Shown here: positions 18,194 to 27,940 of the stretch, piece after piece
Layout: each line of letters begins with the position of its first letter
How positions within the stretch are numbered: the first letter of the stretch is position 1
Assembly: GCA_016839745.1 (NCBI GenBank)
Contig: JAEOTS010000041.1
Location: forward strand, 1-30,280
Direction of reading: 5' to 3'
Length of the DNA: 30,280 nt
Source: Promethearchaeota archaeon
GTDB lineage: Archaea > Asgardarchaeota > Lokiarchaeia > Sigyniarchaeales > SOKP01
The notes under the pieces: model-generated
Told to the model about the DNA's origin: nothing
The model's input: the letters and a program-made list of their open reading frames with translations, nothing else
Databases searched by the model: none
Program-made: the position numbers and the translations under genes

Positions 18194-18931
18194 ATGACAA
18201 ATGAAACAGAACAAAACAAAATTGACAAGTCTGATAAGCCACTTCCTCTATGGGGAATAGCTCTCATCCCAGTATACATTTCGGCTGTATTTATAATCAT
18301 ATTGTTCCCTCTCGCTCAAGATTGGGGATGGTTTGAGGGTTGGTTATTCATCATATCATTTGTAGTAAACTTCACTATCAGTTACTATCTCATAAATAAA
18401 AAGAATCCACGTGTCATTAGGAACCGGATGAAAGTGAAAAAGGTTGGTGTAACAGAAAAAACAAAAAGTTCCGCAAGATCTGATTGGTTCATAATGCCAC
18501 TTATGAGCATAGGATTTATTGGTGCGATAGTATTGCCTCCATTCGATTATCGCTATGGGTGGTCTCCAATTCCTTTCATAGTAGAAATTGTGGGGCTTGC
18601 AATCATGAATTTTGGTCTTATTATCATGGTTATTGCAATGGTTCAAAATGCTTACGCTTCAAAGTTACTCGATATAAATAAAGGCCAAAAACTCATTGAT
18701 ACCGGCTTATATAGTCATGTTCGTCATCCCCTCTACACAGGAGCGATTATAATGATAGTTGGATTACCGATTGCTTTAGGCTCATGGATATCCTTAATTC
18801 CAGCAATTATTGGAGCACTTGCAATAATAATCCGAATAAAATTCGAGGAGAATATGCTCATTGAGGGAATGGATGGATATGAGGAATATCGAACTCGGGT
18901 GAAATACAAACTTATACCAAAAATCTACTGA
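18194..18931 (+). CDS. Isoprenylcysteine carboxyl methyltransferase / PEMT-family membrane methyltransferase
   Basis: Multiple TM segments, LIDTGLYSHVRHPLYTG and EENML...GYEEYR..V.YKLIP. Confidence 0.85.
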   Translation: MTNETEQNKIDKSDKPLPLWGIALIPVYISAVFIIILFPLAQDWGWFEGWLFIISFVVNFTISYYLINKKNPRVIRNRMKVKKVGVTEKTKSSARSDWFIMPLMSIGFIGAIVLPPFDYRYGWSPIPFIVEIVGLAIMNFGLIIMVIAMVQNAYASKLLDINKGQKLIDTGLYSHVRHPLYTGAIIMIVGLPIALGSWISLIPAIIGALAIIIRIKFEENMLIEGMDGYEEYRTRVKYKLIPKIY

Positions 18932-18981
18932 TTTAATGCTAATGACAGAAATAGAAATAAAAAAAGAATTAAAAGCTAAAT

Positions 18982-19788
18982 TTAATCCCGAAATCTTTTT
19001 TCTAATGTTTTCGCATGTAATATAAACGCTAAAAGTAGAAATCCTAATCCAAATCCTACTAGAACTCCAATATCCAGAAGTAAACCAAGTGATCCAAAAA
19101 CACTAATATCGCCAAGACCTACGTTAACAATATCAACGAAATAAGTCATTGGAGAGATATATGAAATTGGAGATAATGTTATTGGCATGAATAGGGGGCT
19201 TATGAATATCAACGGAAATTTAATTAGAATAGTAAAAACCATAGTATTTCCTGGAGTATCGGTAGAAGGCACGGATAAAATAAGGCTAAAACATGCAAAT
19301 GCTAATCCGGCTACAACCATTCCAACAATAACAATAATTAAATTAATTGAGAGCTCTGTTGATAAGAAAATCATTCCAAATATTAGGGGTAGTGAAGAAA
19401 AAATAATCCCATAAATAAATGTGCTCCAAACGCTCCCTAAAAGAATAGTTTTTATCGATATTGGGCAAGTTATTAATCTTTCAAATGTCCTCCTCATTGT
19501 TTCCCAAGGGAATACAATTGGTCCAATTGAAGTTGAAGTTAAAAACGTGATCATCGCCATTAATCCAGAAATCACATAAATTGGAACCACATTCCTGCCT
19601 ATAGTTAAAGCTATAAACAGAATTATTGGAAAGAGTATTCCTTGAATTATAACGGGTGGTTTATTGTAATAAATTTTTAAATCTTTTTTAGCAATTACAA
19701 AGGATCTTTTTAATTGTATTATTAAAGTCCTTATTTTAGAATCCTCTAATTCCAAACTATCATCAATCAGTTTTCCCACCTTTTTCAA
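18982..19788 (-). CDS. ABC-2 type exporter permease
   Basis: About six TM segments, IAKKDL, FERLITCPIS, FISPLFMP and SPMTYFVD. Coupled to the ATPase gene; start uncertain. Confidence 0.85.
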   Translation of the reverse strand: MKKVGKLIDDSLELEDSKIRTLIIQLKRSFVIAKKDLKIYYNKPPVIIQGILFPIILFIALTIGRNVVPIYVISGLMAMITFLTSTSIGPIVFPWETMRRTFERLITCPISIKTILLGSVWSTFIYGIIFSSLPLIFGMIFLSTELSINLIIVIVGMVVAGLAFACFSLILSVPSTDTPGNTMVFTILIKFPLIFISPLFMPITLSPISYISPMTYFVDIVNVGLGDISVFGSLGLLLDIGVLVGFGLGFLLLAFILHAKTLEKRFRD

Positions 19789-20755
19789 TTATTTTTAGAA
19801 ATGCTTCCTCTAATTTTGGTTGATGGGTACTAAGCTGCTTTATTTTAACATTTTGAGTTTTAATGTAATCAACTAGTTCACAAATAGATTCATGAATATC
19901 TTCAACAATAACATGGACTCCGTCTTGAGTTTCTTGAACCTCTCTGATGTTTCGAAGATTTTTGATTTCTTGTTTATTCATTCCGTCAACAAATTGGAGA
20001 TCAATCGCTTGATAATCTTGTGTTAACTTTTTAAGATTCTCAGGTGTATCTAAGCTAATAATCTTCCCGTGATTGATAATTGCGATTCTATCACATAATT
20101 CATTAGCAACATCCATATCATGAGTCGTCAAAAATACAGTTACTCCACGCTCGTTGTATTCTCTTATTAAATCCTTTATAATTTTAGATGATTGAACGTC
20201 AAGACCAGCAGTAGGTTCGTCAAGAAAGAGTATTTGTGGATTAGTCATTAAAGCCATACATAACAATAATCGTTGCTTCATTCCTTTAGAATATTTTTTG
20301 GTTTTAAGAGTTCGTTTTTCATACAAATCAAATTTTTTCAAAAGACTCTCTGCCTTGATGACTCGTTCCTTTTTAGAAATTCCATAGATTTCTCCTATAA
20401 ACATTAGATTTTCCCATCCTGAAAATGAAAAATAGACGTTAGCCATTTCAGGTACATTTCCAGTTACTTGTTTAACAACGATCTGGTTTTTCCAAGCGTC
20501 TAAACCGAGTATTTTTATTTTGCCTTTCGTTGGTCTCAATACCCCCGTCATCATCCGAATTGTCGTTGTTTTTCCTGCTCCATTCGGTCCTAAAAATCCA
20601 AAAATTTCTCCCTTTCTTACCTCAAAACTAATATCATCTACTGCTCGAATAATATTCATTGTTTTATGTGGTTCATTTGGACTCATTTTTCCTCTTTTTC
20701 TTCCTTTAGAGAGTTCAAAGGTTTTAACTAAATTATTTACTATAATAGCGCTCAT
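19763..20755 (-). CDS. ABC-2 exporter ATP-binding subunit (DrrA/CcmA-like)
   Basis: GFLGPNGAGKTT, YSKGMKQR, LFLDEPTAGLD, TTHDM and a C-terminal PKLEEAFL. Confidence 0.93.
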   Translation of the reverse strand: MSAIIVNNLVKTFELSKGRKRGKMSPNEPHKTMNIIRAVDDISFEVRKGEIFGFLGPNGAGKTTTIRMMTGVLRPTKGKIKILGLDAWKNQIVVKQVTGNVPEMANVYFSFSGWENLMFIGEIYGISKKERVIKAESLLKKFDLYEKRTLKTKKYSKGMKQRLLLCMALMTNPQILFLDEPTAGLDVQSSKIIKDLIREYNERGVTVFLTTHDMDVANELCDRIAIINHGKIISLDTPENLKKLTQDYQAIDLQFVDGMNKQEIKNLRNIREVQETQDGVHVIVEDIHESICELVDYIKTQNVKIKQLSTHQPKLEEAFLKIIEKGGKTD

Positions 20756-20782
20756 TATAATTCCCCAATTCTAATAGTAATC

Positions 20783-20938
20783 TTATTTTTGTTCGTCTAA
20801 TTGAATGTGTTTAAATAGCTCGTTAATAGGTTGGTCTCCATGGCACTTAATAATTTGATTCAACGTGCACCCTTCAGGATGTTCTTCTTTTATTTCGGGT
20901 TTACTACACGTACATTCTTCTGTTTCTTTTCTTTTCAT
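20783..20938 (-). CDS. Small Cys/His-rich protein (51 aa), not in the ORF track
   Basis: Translates as MKRKETEECTCSKPEIKEEHPEGCTLNQIIKCHGDQPINELFKHIQLDEQK. AAGGT lies upstream, and the stop is 27 bp before the ABC ATPase start. Confidence 0.7.
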   Translation of the reverse strand: MKRKETEECTCSKPEIKEEHPEGCTLNQIIKCHGDQPINELFKHIQLDEQK

Positions 20939-21127
20939 CTATTATTTACCTTCTTTTGCTTTTTTCAATTATTTTAATACTATTAAAAACTTAAATTGCC
21001 CCAGCAATTTTGAGTTTTCAACTGTATTTTTTTTATTTAAATGACTGATTTAATTAAATGATAGATTTAAATAATATTTAAATATTTCTAAAATCTTTAT
21101 ACTATAGGATTTTATTGGTTTTAGAGC

Positions 21128-21475
21128 ATGACAAAAGAAATAGATCTTGAAAATATAGGTACTTACATAAAAGCGTTGCATTGCCAAATTCGATGGGTTT
21201 TGATAGATATTTTACGAGACGGTCCAAAATCTTCTGATGAAATTTATAATCATCTCAAAAGTGTAAGCGAAAATATAGATAATAATAATCAATGTCATGG
21301 AATGTGTGGTAAAGGAGATTTTAAGAATTTACAGAAACCAACATTGTATTACCATCTACGGGAATTGGAAAGTGTAGGTATAATTAAATCGGATAATAAA
21401 CCTAGCGGGGGAATTGGAGCTCCTGAGAAAGTATGGAAATTAAATATGGAAAAATTGACAATAAATTTGAAATAA
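21128..21475 (+). CDS. ArsR/SmtB-family wHTH regulator with a Cys-containing insert
   Basis: KALHCQIRWVLIDILRDGPKSSDEI...KPTLYYHLRELESVGII, with the insert CHGMC. Confidence 0.8.
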   Translation: MTKEIDLENIGTYIKALHCQIRWVLIDILRDGPKSSDEIYNHLKSVSENIDNNNQCHGMCGKGDFKNLQKPTLYYHLRELESVGIIKSDNKPSGGIGAPEKVWKLNMEKLTINLK

Positions 21476-21607
21476 ACAATCTATTGAATCAATATATGAT
21501 TCATATTAGAAAAAAAAAATATTGAATTAAACTATAAAAAGGATGAGGAACCAGATATTTTTAAGAACAATTTTTATTTTTAATTAAACAATATTTTTGA
21601 TAAAAAA

Positions 21608-23659
21608 ATGCCGAAACACCAAAACATAAGTTCAATTTTCCTTGTTGGAATTATATTCTACCTTTTTATAGAATCTTTTTATAACCTGATAGTAGATATA
21701 AATGCGTATATTTTTATGAATTTTTCAGAGATTCTTACTATAATGCCTACTTTGATAATAGCTGTGGCTATATTAATCGTTGAGTTCTTCTTATTCATAT
21801 TAAAAAAGATAAAAAAAAGTTACAAACCATTTATCCTACTCTATCTTATTTGCGGATTGCGAATAAGTTCCCAGTTTATTATCTTCCCAAGTGCTATATT
21901 TGTTGTCAATTTTTTGATGATTTTTACAATTCTGCTTTTTTTCATGGTATTTTTCAATTTAATCGAAACATATGAAGTATACATGTCCTTTTCGCAATTT
22001 CTAGAAGGCGTGATAATTGGTTTAGGTATTTACTTTGCTTTTTTAATTGTCAATATTTCGTCAAATCTTACATCAGACCTTATCAAAATTATTCCGACTT
22101 TTATTTTTGTTGGAATAATAATCTTCGTTAATCACAGTCTTTTTAATCCTAAAAGTATTGAAAAGTTTCTTTCTGATAAAGGTAGCAAAAGTGGACGTGA
22201 TCCTAATAAAAAAAGCGTATCATTTCTCCATTTTATCATCTTAGGGGTTCTTTTTATTTTTTCAACGATGTGGATTTTTAATCCTATGGCCCTTTCTGCG
22301 TATGATATAATCAATCTAAGTATTAATGGGTTAATTTCAAACTCAATGAATATCTGGCCCGCTTATGGATTTACTTATTATATCTTGGTGATATTTATTA
22401 CTGCCGTATTGAGTTATGTCTTAATTGTTAAATATTTATTTTCTTTAAATCAAAAATTACTAAGGATTATTAGTTTTGCTTCCATCGGAATTACCTGTCT
22501 CTTAACGATATTCGCGATTTTCGTAATTCAATACGATCTTACCGTTATATCTTCAATATATATATCAATAATGACGATTGTTGGAGTATTTTCTATTATC
22601 CTCTACCTATTATATTTATTCAATTTCTATACTTTTGATTCTTCGAAAAAATTGTTTGTGGGAATTCTATTATTCTTTCTCTCTGCTCTTGTCTTTCTCG
22701 TTCTTCATACAACTATCATGTGGTACGAATATATGTCATTATTGAATCATCTTATTATTCAAATAATCATGGGCATTGTTTTAATATTAATAAGTGAAGT
22801 AAAAAATTTGAAATATTCATTTAAGATGAAAGAAAGACCCGTTGGCTTGAATAGAACAATAGCTATAACACTCATCTCAATTCTGATAGTAAATATAATT
22901 TCGATAGGAGTTGTGGTTCAGAATAGCAAAGTTGAATCAACACAAAATCCTGAAGCTACATTAATGACATGGAACATTCATAATGCAATTGGAGATGATG
23001 ACATATTAAGCTTAGATCGAATTGTGCAAGACATAAAGATATATTCACCAGAAATAGTGGGATTAAATGAAGTGGATTTAGGAGCTCTAAAAACCTCTTC
23101 AATAGATTTACCTTCTTACTTTGCCCATCATCTAAATATGTATTACTTTTATGGCTATACATTCTATAAACATTATGGAAATGCTATTTTGAGTAAATAT
23201 CCCATATTAGAGGCCAATATTATCCCATTACCGCTTGCCATTCCGTCTGCCGAACCTAGATCTTTAATAAGAGCGAGACTCCAAGTAAATGTATCAATTT
23301 GGACCGTTTTTATTACCCATTTATCAACTGAAGAGGACGATCGATTAATTCAAGTTCCTTTCATAGTTTCTGAGATTGATAAAGAACCATCTTTTGAGAG
23401 GATTGTTTGGATGGGTGATTTCAATTTTGAACCATCCTCTACTGAATACTCTTTAATTAATAGTACTTCAATTCTGAATTTTACTGATACTTATAGATTC
23501 CTAAATTCTGATCTTGGATATACCGGTCATTTTGATGAAGATCATATTCCACATAAAAGAATTGACTACATTATGTGTTCTCCAGATCTATTACCAAACT
23601 CTAGTGAAGTATTCTGCTCGCTTAGTTCTGACCATTGTTCTGTGATAACACATTTTTAA
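21608..23659 (+). CDS. Polytopic membrane protein with a C-terminal endonuclease/exonuclease/phosphatase (EEP) domain
   Basis: About 430 aa of TM helices, then LMTWNIH, VGLNEVD, YGNAILSKYPI, THLS, MGDFN, RIDYI and SDH. Confidence 0.88.
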   Translation: MPKHQNISSIFLVGIIFYLFIESFYNLIVDINAYIFMNFSEILTIMPTLIIAVAILIVEFFLFILKKIKKSYKPFILLYLICGLRISSQFIIFPSAIFVVNFLMIFTILLFFMVFFNLIETYEVYMSFSQFLEGVIIGLGIYFAFLIVNISSNLTSDLIKIIPTFIFVGIIIFVNHSLFNPKSIEKFLSDKGSKSGRDPNKKSVSFLHFIILGVLFIFSTMWIFNPMALSAYDIINLSINGLISNSMNIWPAYGFTYYILVIFITAVLSYVLIVKYLFSLNQKLLRIISFASIGITCLLTIFAIFVIQYDLTVISSIYISIMTIVGVFSIILYLLYLFNFYTFDSSKKLFVGILLFFLSALVFLVLHTTIMWYEYMSLLNHLIIQIIMGIVLILISEVKNLKYSFKMKERPVGLNRTIAITLISILIVNIISIGVVVQNSKVESTQNPEATLMTWNIHNAIGDDDILSLDRIVQDIKIYSPEIVGLNEVDLGALKTSSIDLPSYFAHHLNMYYFYGYTFYKHYGNAILSKYPILEANIIPLPLAIPSAEPRSLIRARLQVNVSIWTVFITHLSTEEDDRLIQVPFIVSEIDKEPSFERIVWMGDFNFEPSSTEYSLINSTSILNFTDTYRFLNSDLGYTGHFDEDHIPHKRIDYIMCSPDLLPNSSEVFCSLSSDHCSVITHF

Positions 23660-23770
23660 ATTCAATTTTCATTTTTTTTAATCTATAGACGCCAATCCCG
23701 TTCTTTAGATCTAAAAAACTTTAAGCAATCCTTACTATTAAAATATTAATAGCTGAAGGCAATCATAATA

Positions 23771-25210
23771 ATGCATATCGAAACTGAAAAAATTCTCACT
23801 TTAATTGCAGAAAAGGCTCAATTGTCGGAAGGTATTGAGGGTGTTAGATCAATACTCCTTACGATGTTTCGTTTTCCTTCATTAAAAAATAAAAAAGTTT
23901 CACAGAAGACTGGAATCGCAATCCCAGCGCTTGCAGCAGTTAGAGGGGAATTGGTGAAAGCGAGGATTATAGAGAAGAAGAATTTTCTTGGTGAAACAGG
24001 AAGAAACTGGATTCGAGCCCATTTAAACCTAACATATGAACGAGATCCTCTTCCAAATAATTTTTACTCACTTTTAACTGAAATTCCGGAAGAATTTGCT
24101 TCTGTTAATAAAATGGAAGAAATTTTATTTAATCGTCCTGAACCCGATTTTGCTTTAGACCAATCACACGCCATTTTTTCTACAGTAGTAAATCGCGCTC
24201 TTTACCTCTTAAAAAAAGGAGATATTGAGGGAAGGAAAATAGTATTTCTTGGGGATGATGACGCTACTTCTTTAGCTGTTGGCTTATTGAACTTAGCAGA
24301 AGAAATAATGGTCATAGATATCGATCCTAACATTATAAAATTTCTTTCTGAGAGTGCAAACAATCTTTCTTTAAAAAATTATGATGTATTAACACACGAT
24401 CTTAGAGAGTCTTCTCCTATAACCGTCGTAAACAATTATGATGTTGTCGTAATGGATCCTCCTTACACTAATGAGGGTTTGCGTTTATTTCTAAAAAGAG
24501 CAAAACAAGTTTTAAAAACTAATATAAATATCGAAGGAAAAGAGCACAAAGTTATAGGTAAAAAATGTCTTCTGTGCTTTGGAAATAAGCCTCCTAAAGA
24601 AATGCAACAAATACAGTTATCTATTTTAGATCATGGTTTTATAATAAAAGAAATGATCCCCTATTTCAATCTTTATAAAGGAGCAAGTATATTAGGTCAG
24701 TTTAGTCATCTCTATTATTTACAATTGGCTGAAATTCAAAACATGGAGGATAAATTAAGCTTAAATACGCTCCCAATTTACACTGCTGAACTAAAAAGAA
24801 GAAAAGCGATTCCCTACCGTCCTATTGGTTATCATTTTGTAGGAGAAATGCGTTTTTCAGACCAAAATCTTCTATTAGAAAATGATAAAATTCAAAAAAT
24901 CTTTCTTGACGCCCTAACTAATGCAAATTTAATAACTTACGACGTATTTCATCATAATTATCAGCCATATGGATATAGTGCTGTTGCTATTCTTAAGACA
25001 AGTCATGCAGCAATTCATACGTGGCCAGAACATGGATATATTAGCGTTGATATATTTATTTGCGACGAGTTCTCTAAAGGATTAGAAGTTGTAAGATTCT
25101 TAAGAAATCAATTTAAACCCGAAACATATGAATTTCTTTATATGGAGCGTGGGAAAGATTCAACGATTAAATTTGAACCACTTGATTTAGGAAACAAAAA
25201 AAGAAGTTAA
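23771..25210 (+). CDS. bpsA-speD: Fusion of branched-chain polyamine synthase (BpsA/DUF43-like) and S-adenosylmethionine decarboxylase (SpeD-like)
   Basis: BpsA motifs: RPEP...DQ, FLGDDDATS, DIDPNI, HDLR and DPPYT. SpeD motifs at the C-terminus: GYHF, HNYQPYGYS, LKTSHAAIHTWPEHGYISVDIFIC and ERG. Confidence 0.85.
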   Translation: MHIETEKILTLIAEKAQLSEGIEGVRSILLTMFRFPSLKNKKVSQKTGIAIPALAAVRGELVKARIIEKKNFLGETGRNWIRAHLNLTYERDPLPNNFYSLLTEIPEEFASVNKMEEILFNRPEPDFALDQSHAIFSTVVNRALYLLKKGDIEGRKIVFLGDDDATSLAVGLLNLAEEIMVIDIDPNIIKFLSESANNLSLKNYDVLTHDLRESSPITVVNNYDVVVMDPPYTNEGLRLFLKRAKQVLKTNINIEGKEHKVIGKKCLLCFGNKPPKEMQQIQLSILDHGFIIKEMIPYFNLYKGASILGQFSHLYYLQLAEIQNMEDKLSLNTLPIYTAELKRRKAIPYRPIGYHFVGEMRFSDQNLLLENDKIQKIFLDALTNANLITYDVFHHNYQPYGYSAVAILKTSHAAIHTWPEHGYISVDIFICDEFSKGLEVVRFLRNQFKPETYEFLYMERGKDSTIKFEPLDLGNKKRS

Positions 25211-25341
25211 TAAAATAAAAAGATTCCACAATAATTATCTAGGCATTACATCAGAATGTTGAAAGTATGTTATAAATAATTATATAAATATTTTTTAGTA
25301 GAGATTATTATATTCTACAAGAGTTATGCGAGGTAACAATC

Positions 25342-25986
25342 ATGGGAGAAGATAAACTCACAGAATTAAGTGATCTTAAAGAAATAGCAATAGGGAAGAT
25401 AAAAGCTGCATATAATCGCTCAGTTGATGCTGAAGCAACACATTCAGTTCTCTGGGATATCACTGAAAAAAAAAGAAATACTTTACTTAAATTCGGTCTA
25501 ATAATTAGCGTTTTTATCATAATTTTTGCTTATTTACCTTTCCTTTTTGGTGATGTTGTATTAATTTGGGTTTTTAGTCTGATTGCAGAAATTTTAGCTT
25601 TTGTTATAGCTGGTTTAACAATTTATGGCATTTTTCTTTCTAATTTTTCGAAAGTCCATAAACAGCTTATAAACGCCGCAATTCTTTTACGAAGGCAGAG
25701 TTTGGATTTCCTACAATACAAACTAGAGAATTTGGATAAAAAGGGATATATTGATGAATTGAAGTCTTTAGAAGTGAATGATAAGAACCTTAAGGATAAA
25801 ACTCTAATTTATACTGAAAAAATTTCGACTCAATTAATAACGAGTATTACGTATAATATAGAAGAACTTGAAAAAGCGGGATTTAAAAAACATGCTATTA
25901 CTCAACAAGCAATAGATTCTGCTAATGAAAAACTGCAGAAATTTAATGCATTAAGAACTTGTGAAGCTTGGCTTAAATTTGATTAA
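25342..25986 (+). CDS. Two-TM membrane protein, possibly SLATT-like
   Basis: Helix containing H, two hydrophobic segments, then a helical H...AA..LR tail. Confidence 0.5.
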   Translation: MGEDKLTELSDLKEIAIGKIKAAYNRSVDAEATHSVLWDITEKKRNTLLKFGLIISVFIIIFAYLPFLFGDVVLIWVFSLIAEILAFVIAGLTIYGIFLSNFSKVHKQLINAAILLRRQSLDFLQYKLENLDKKGYIDELKSLEVNDKNLKDKTLIYTEKISTQLITSITYNIEELEKAGFKKHAITQQAIDSANEKLQKFNALRTCEAWLKFD

Positions 25987-26121
25987 TATCCTTTTTTGCG
26001 TTTATGTGACACTATAGGTTAACAAAATTGTCGAAAACCTTCATTTTTATATGTTCTATTGATACAGATTAAAATTTGTATCACTCCCTTTTATATAATT
26101 AGAAAATAAATAGTTTATTGA

Positions 26122-26328
26122 AGGTTAATTCAACTCGAGCTAACATTGGATTTCGCCCTCTATTAAACTCAAGCATGAGTTTAATTCTCTCTTAACCTAA
26201 AATACTTCGGCTCGAACTGGAGTTCCTTTATCTTTTTTTTTAATTTTGATGTGACACCTAGATAAAATCTGTTTTTAGAGTGTAAACATTCCCTCAAATT
26301 TAAGGAGGGGTTAAATTATTTACACTCT
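26122..26328. other. Cluster of inverted repeats / potential RNA structure in a ~500-bp intergenic region
   Basis: 10-bp perfect stem 26162-26171/26176-26185. Pairings 26122-26128/26192-26198 and 26135-26140/26210-26215. A second hairpin 26277-26286/26319-26328 with inner CCCTC/GAGGG. Confidence 0.45.
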
Positions 26329-26482
26329 TACTGTGAAATCTTTTATTTTTTGTTAGAACTCTACGAAAGAATTTATTTAGTTAGAACTAAAATTTTAAAG
26401 AAATTATATGGTAATTATATGGTTTGATTTCTACATTAAAGTAGATAATGATGAAAAATAAAACTGAATCCGGAAAGACAAA

Positions 26483-27910
26483 ATGAAAACCTCAGATGTG
26501 AGACTTACATTTTTAGGGGGCGTGAATGAAGTAGGAGGAAATAAAATCCTATTAGAAGATTTCAATTACAATGTAAAAATTTTTTTAGATTTTGGAATTA
26601 ATATAAAGAATTTCAATGATAACTTTGAAAAATACGAGGAACCAACTTCAGTAAAGGATTTAATAAAACTAGGATTGTTACCTCGAACAGAACACCTTTC
26701 AATTGAAAACTTATATACTAATTACGAAGCTAGTAAGAGCCAGGAATACAATGATTTGGAAACAAATGTAGATGGGATTCTTATCACACACCCACATAAA
26801 GACCATTTTTATGGTCTATCATTTATTAACAGAAATATTCCCATTTATACAGGTGTTTTTACAAAAAAAATTATTTCTGCTTATTATAAATGTTCAAAGC
26901 CCTCGATCAGCAATAATTACGGTGGATTAGAATGGAATCTCTTTCGTACTGGAGATGTCCTCAATATCAAAGGATTAAAAATAATTCCCGTGCATGTAGA
27001 TCATTCGATTCCAGCAGCTTATGGATTTATAATTAAAATGTCTAAATGTAATATCGTTTATACGGGAGATTTTCGTATGCATGGACCCTTATCTACTATG
27101 ACTCAAGATTTTTTACATGAAATAACAAATAAAGACCTTAATAAAATTGATATCTTAATCTGTGAAGGGACACATATTCATAGGGGTGCAATTGAGTCCG
27201 AAAATAATGTAGAGAAAAATATAGAACAACTCTTCCTTGAAAATCCTTTTGATTTTTTTTTAGTAAAGTATGATCGTTTAGATTGGGATCGTTTCCGGAC
27301 TTTTTCTTTAATTGCTAAGAAGTATGGTTGGAAATTTGTCATTACCGAAAAAGACGCTTACTTCTATTATCTTATGAATAAAGATGAAATCTACGAAAGT
27401 ATGAAAAATCCAAACATAATCGCTGATGATCACATTTTAATCCTCTCTCGCGGTAATGCAAGATATCGATGGCAAGAAAAGATAAGACAAGCACTACATA
27501 AGGAAAAGAAAGGTTCCCGGTTTATAAAATACAATGAAATTAAAGAGTTAAAAAGTCAATTTTTCTTTTATATTACTTCTCTACAAAAAAATATTATCGA
27601 AAAGATTAATCCAAATCTTAAGGGCGCGTTTATATCATCTAGTATAGATCCTTATACAGAAGAATATATTGATAATAATAGAACACTAACCTATTATTTC
27701 CGTAGACATGGCATTCCTTCTTACAGAGTACATGCATCTGGACACGCGATGCCACATCATTTAATCAATTTTATTAATTCAGTTAATCCTAAATTTTTAA
27801 TCCCTGTTCACACCGAACATCCTCATTTTTTTAAAACCTTTTTCAAAAATTCTGAAATAGATGTGATAGTTCTTAATAAAAACGATAAATTCGATTTAAT
27901 CCGAAATTAG
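26483..27910 (+). CDS. MBL-fold beta-CASP ribonuclease (RNase J-like)
   Basis: GGVNEVGGN, LDFG, ITHPHKDH, VDHSIP, YTGDFR, CEGT, HASGHA and PVHTEH. Confidence 0.9.
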   Translation: MKTSDVRLTFLGGVNEVGGNKILLEDFNYNVKIFLDFGINIKNFNDNFEKYEEPTSVKDLIKLGLLPRTEHLSIENLYTNYEASKSQEYNDLETNVDGILITHPHKDHFYGLSFINRNIPIYTGVFTKKIISAYYKCSKPSISNNYGGLEWNLFRTGDVLNIKGLKIIPVHVDHSIPAAYGFIIKMSKCNIVYTGDFRMHGPLSTMTQDFLHEITNKDLNKIDILICEGTHIHRGAIESENNVEKNIEQLFLENPFDFFLVKYDRLDWDRFRTFSLIAKKYGWKFVITEKDAYFYYLMNKDEIYESMKNPNIIADDHILILSRGNARYRWQEKIRQALHKEKKGSRFIKYNEIKELKSQFFFYITSLQKNIIEKINPNLKGAFISSSIDPYTEEYIDNNRTLTYYFRRHGIPSYRVHASGHAMPHHLINFINSVNPKFLIPVHTEHPHFFKTFFKNSEIDVIVLNKNDKFDLIRN

Positions 27911-27940
27911 AAATATTAAATGGTACTGTTGATAATTAAA

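Noticed and set aside
6869-18931. CaaX prenylation pathway (prenyltransferase-like + ICMT-like) acting on actin
   Set aside because: Actin ends HRCF, with Cys penultimate, which is not CaaX. Both families are widespread in prokaryotes, and no prenyltransferase catalytic motifs could be confirmed.
21065-21083. Palindrome ATTTAAATA-A-TATTTAAAT upstream of arsR
   Set aside because: It is purely A/T in a very AT-rich spacer, so it could be an operator or TATA region but cannot be distinguished from chance.
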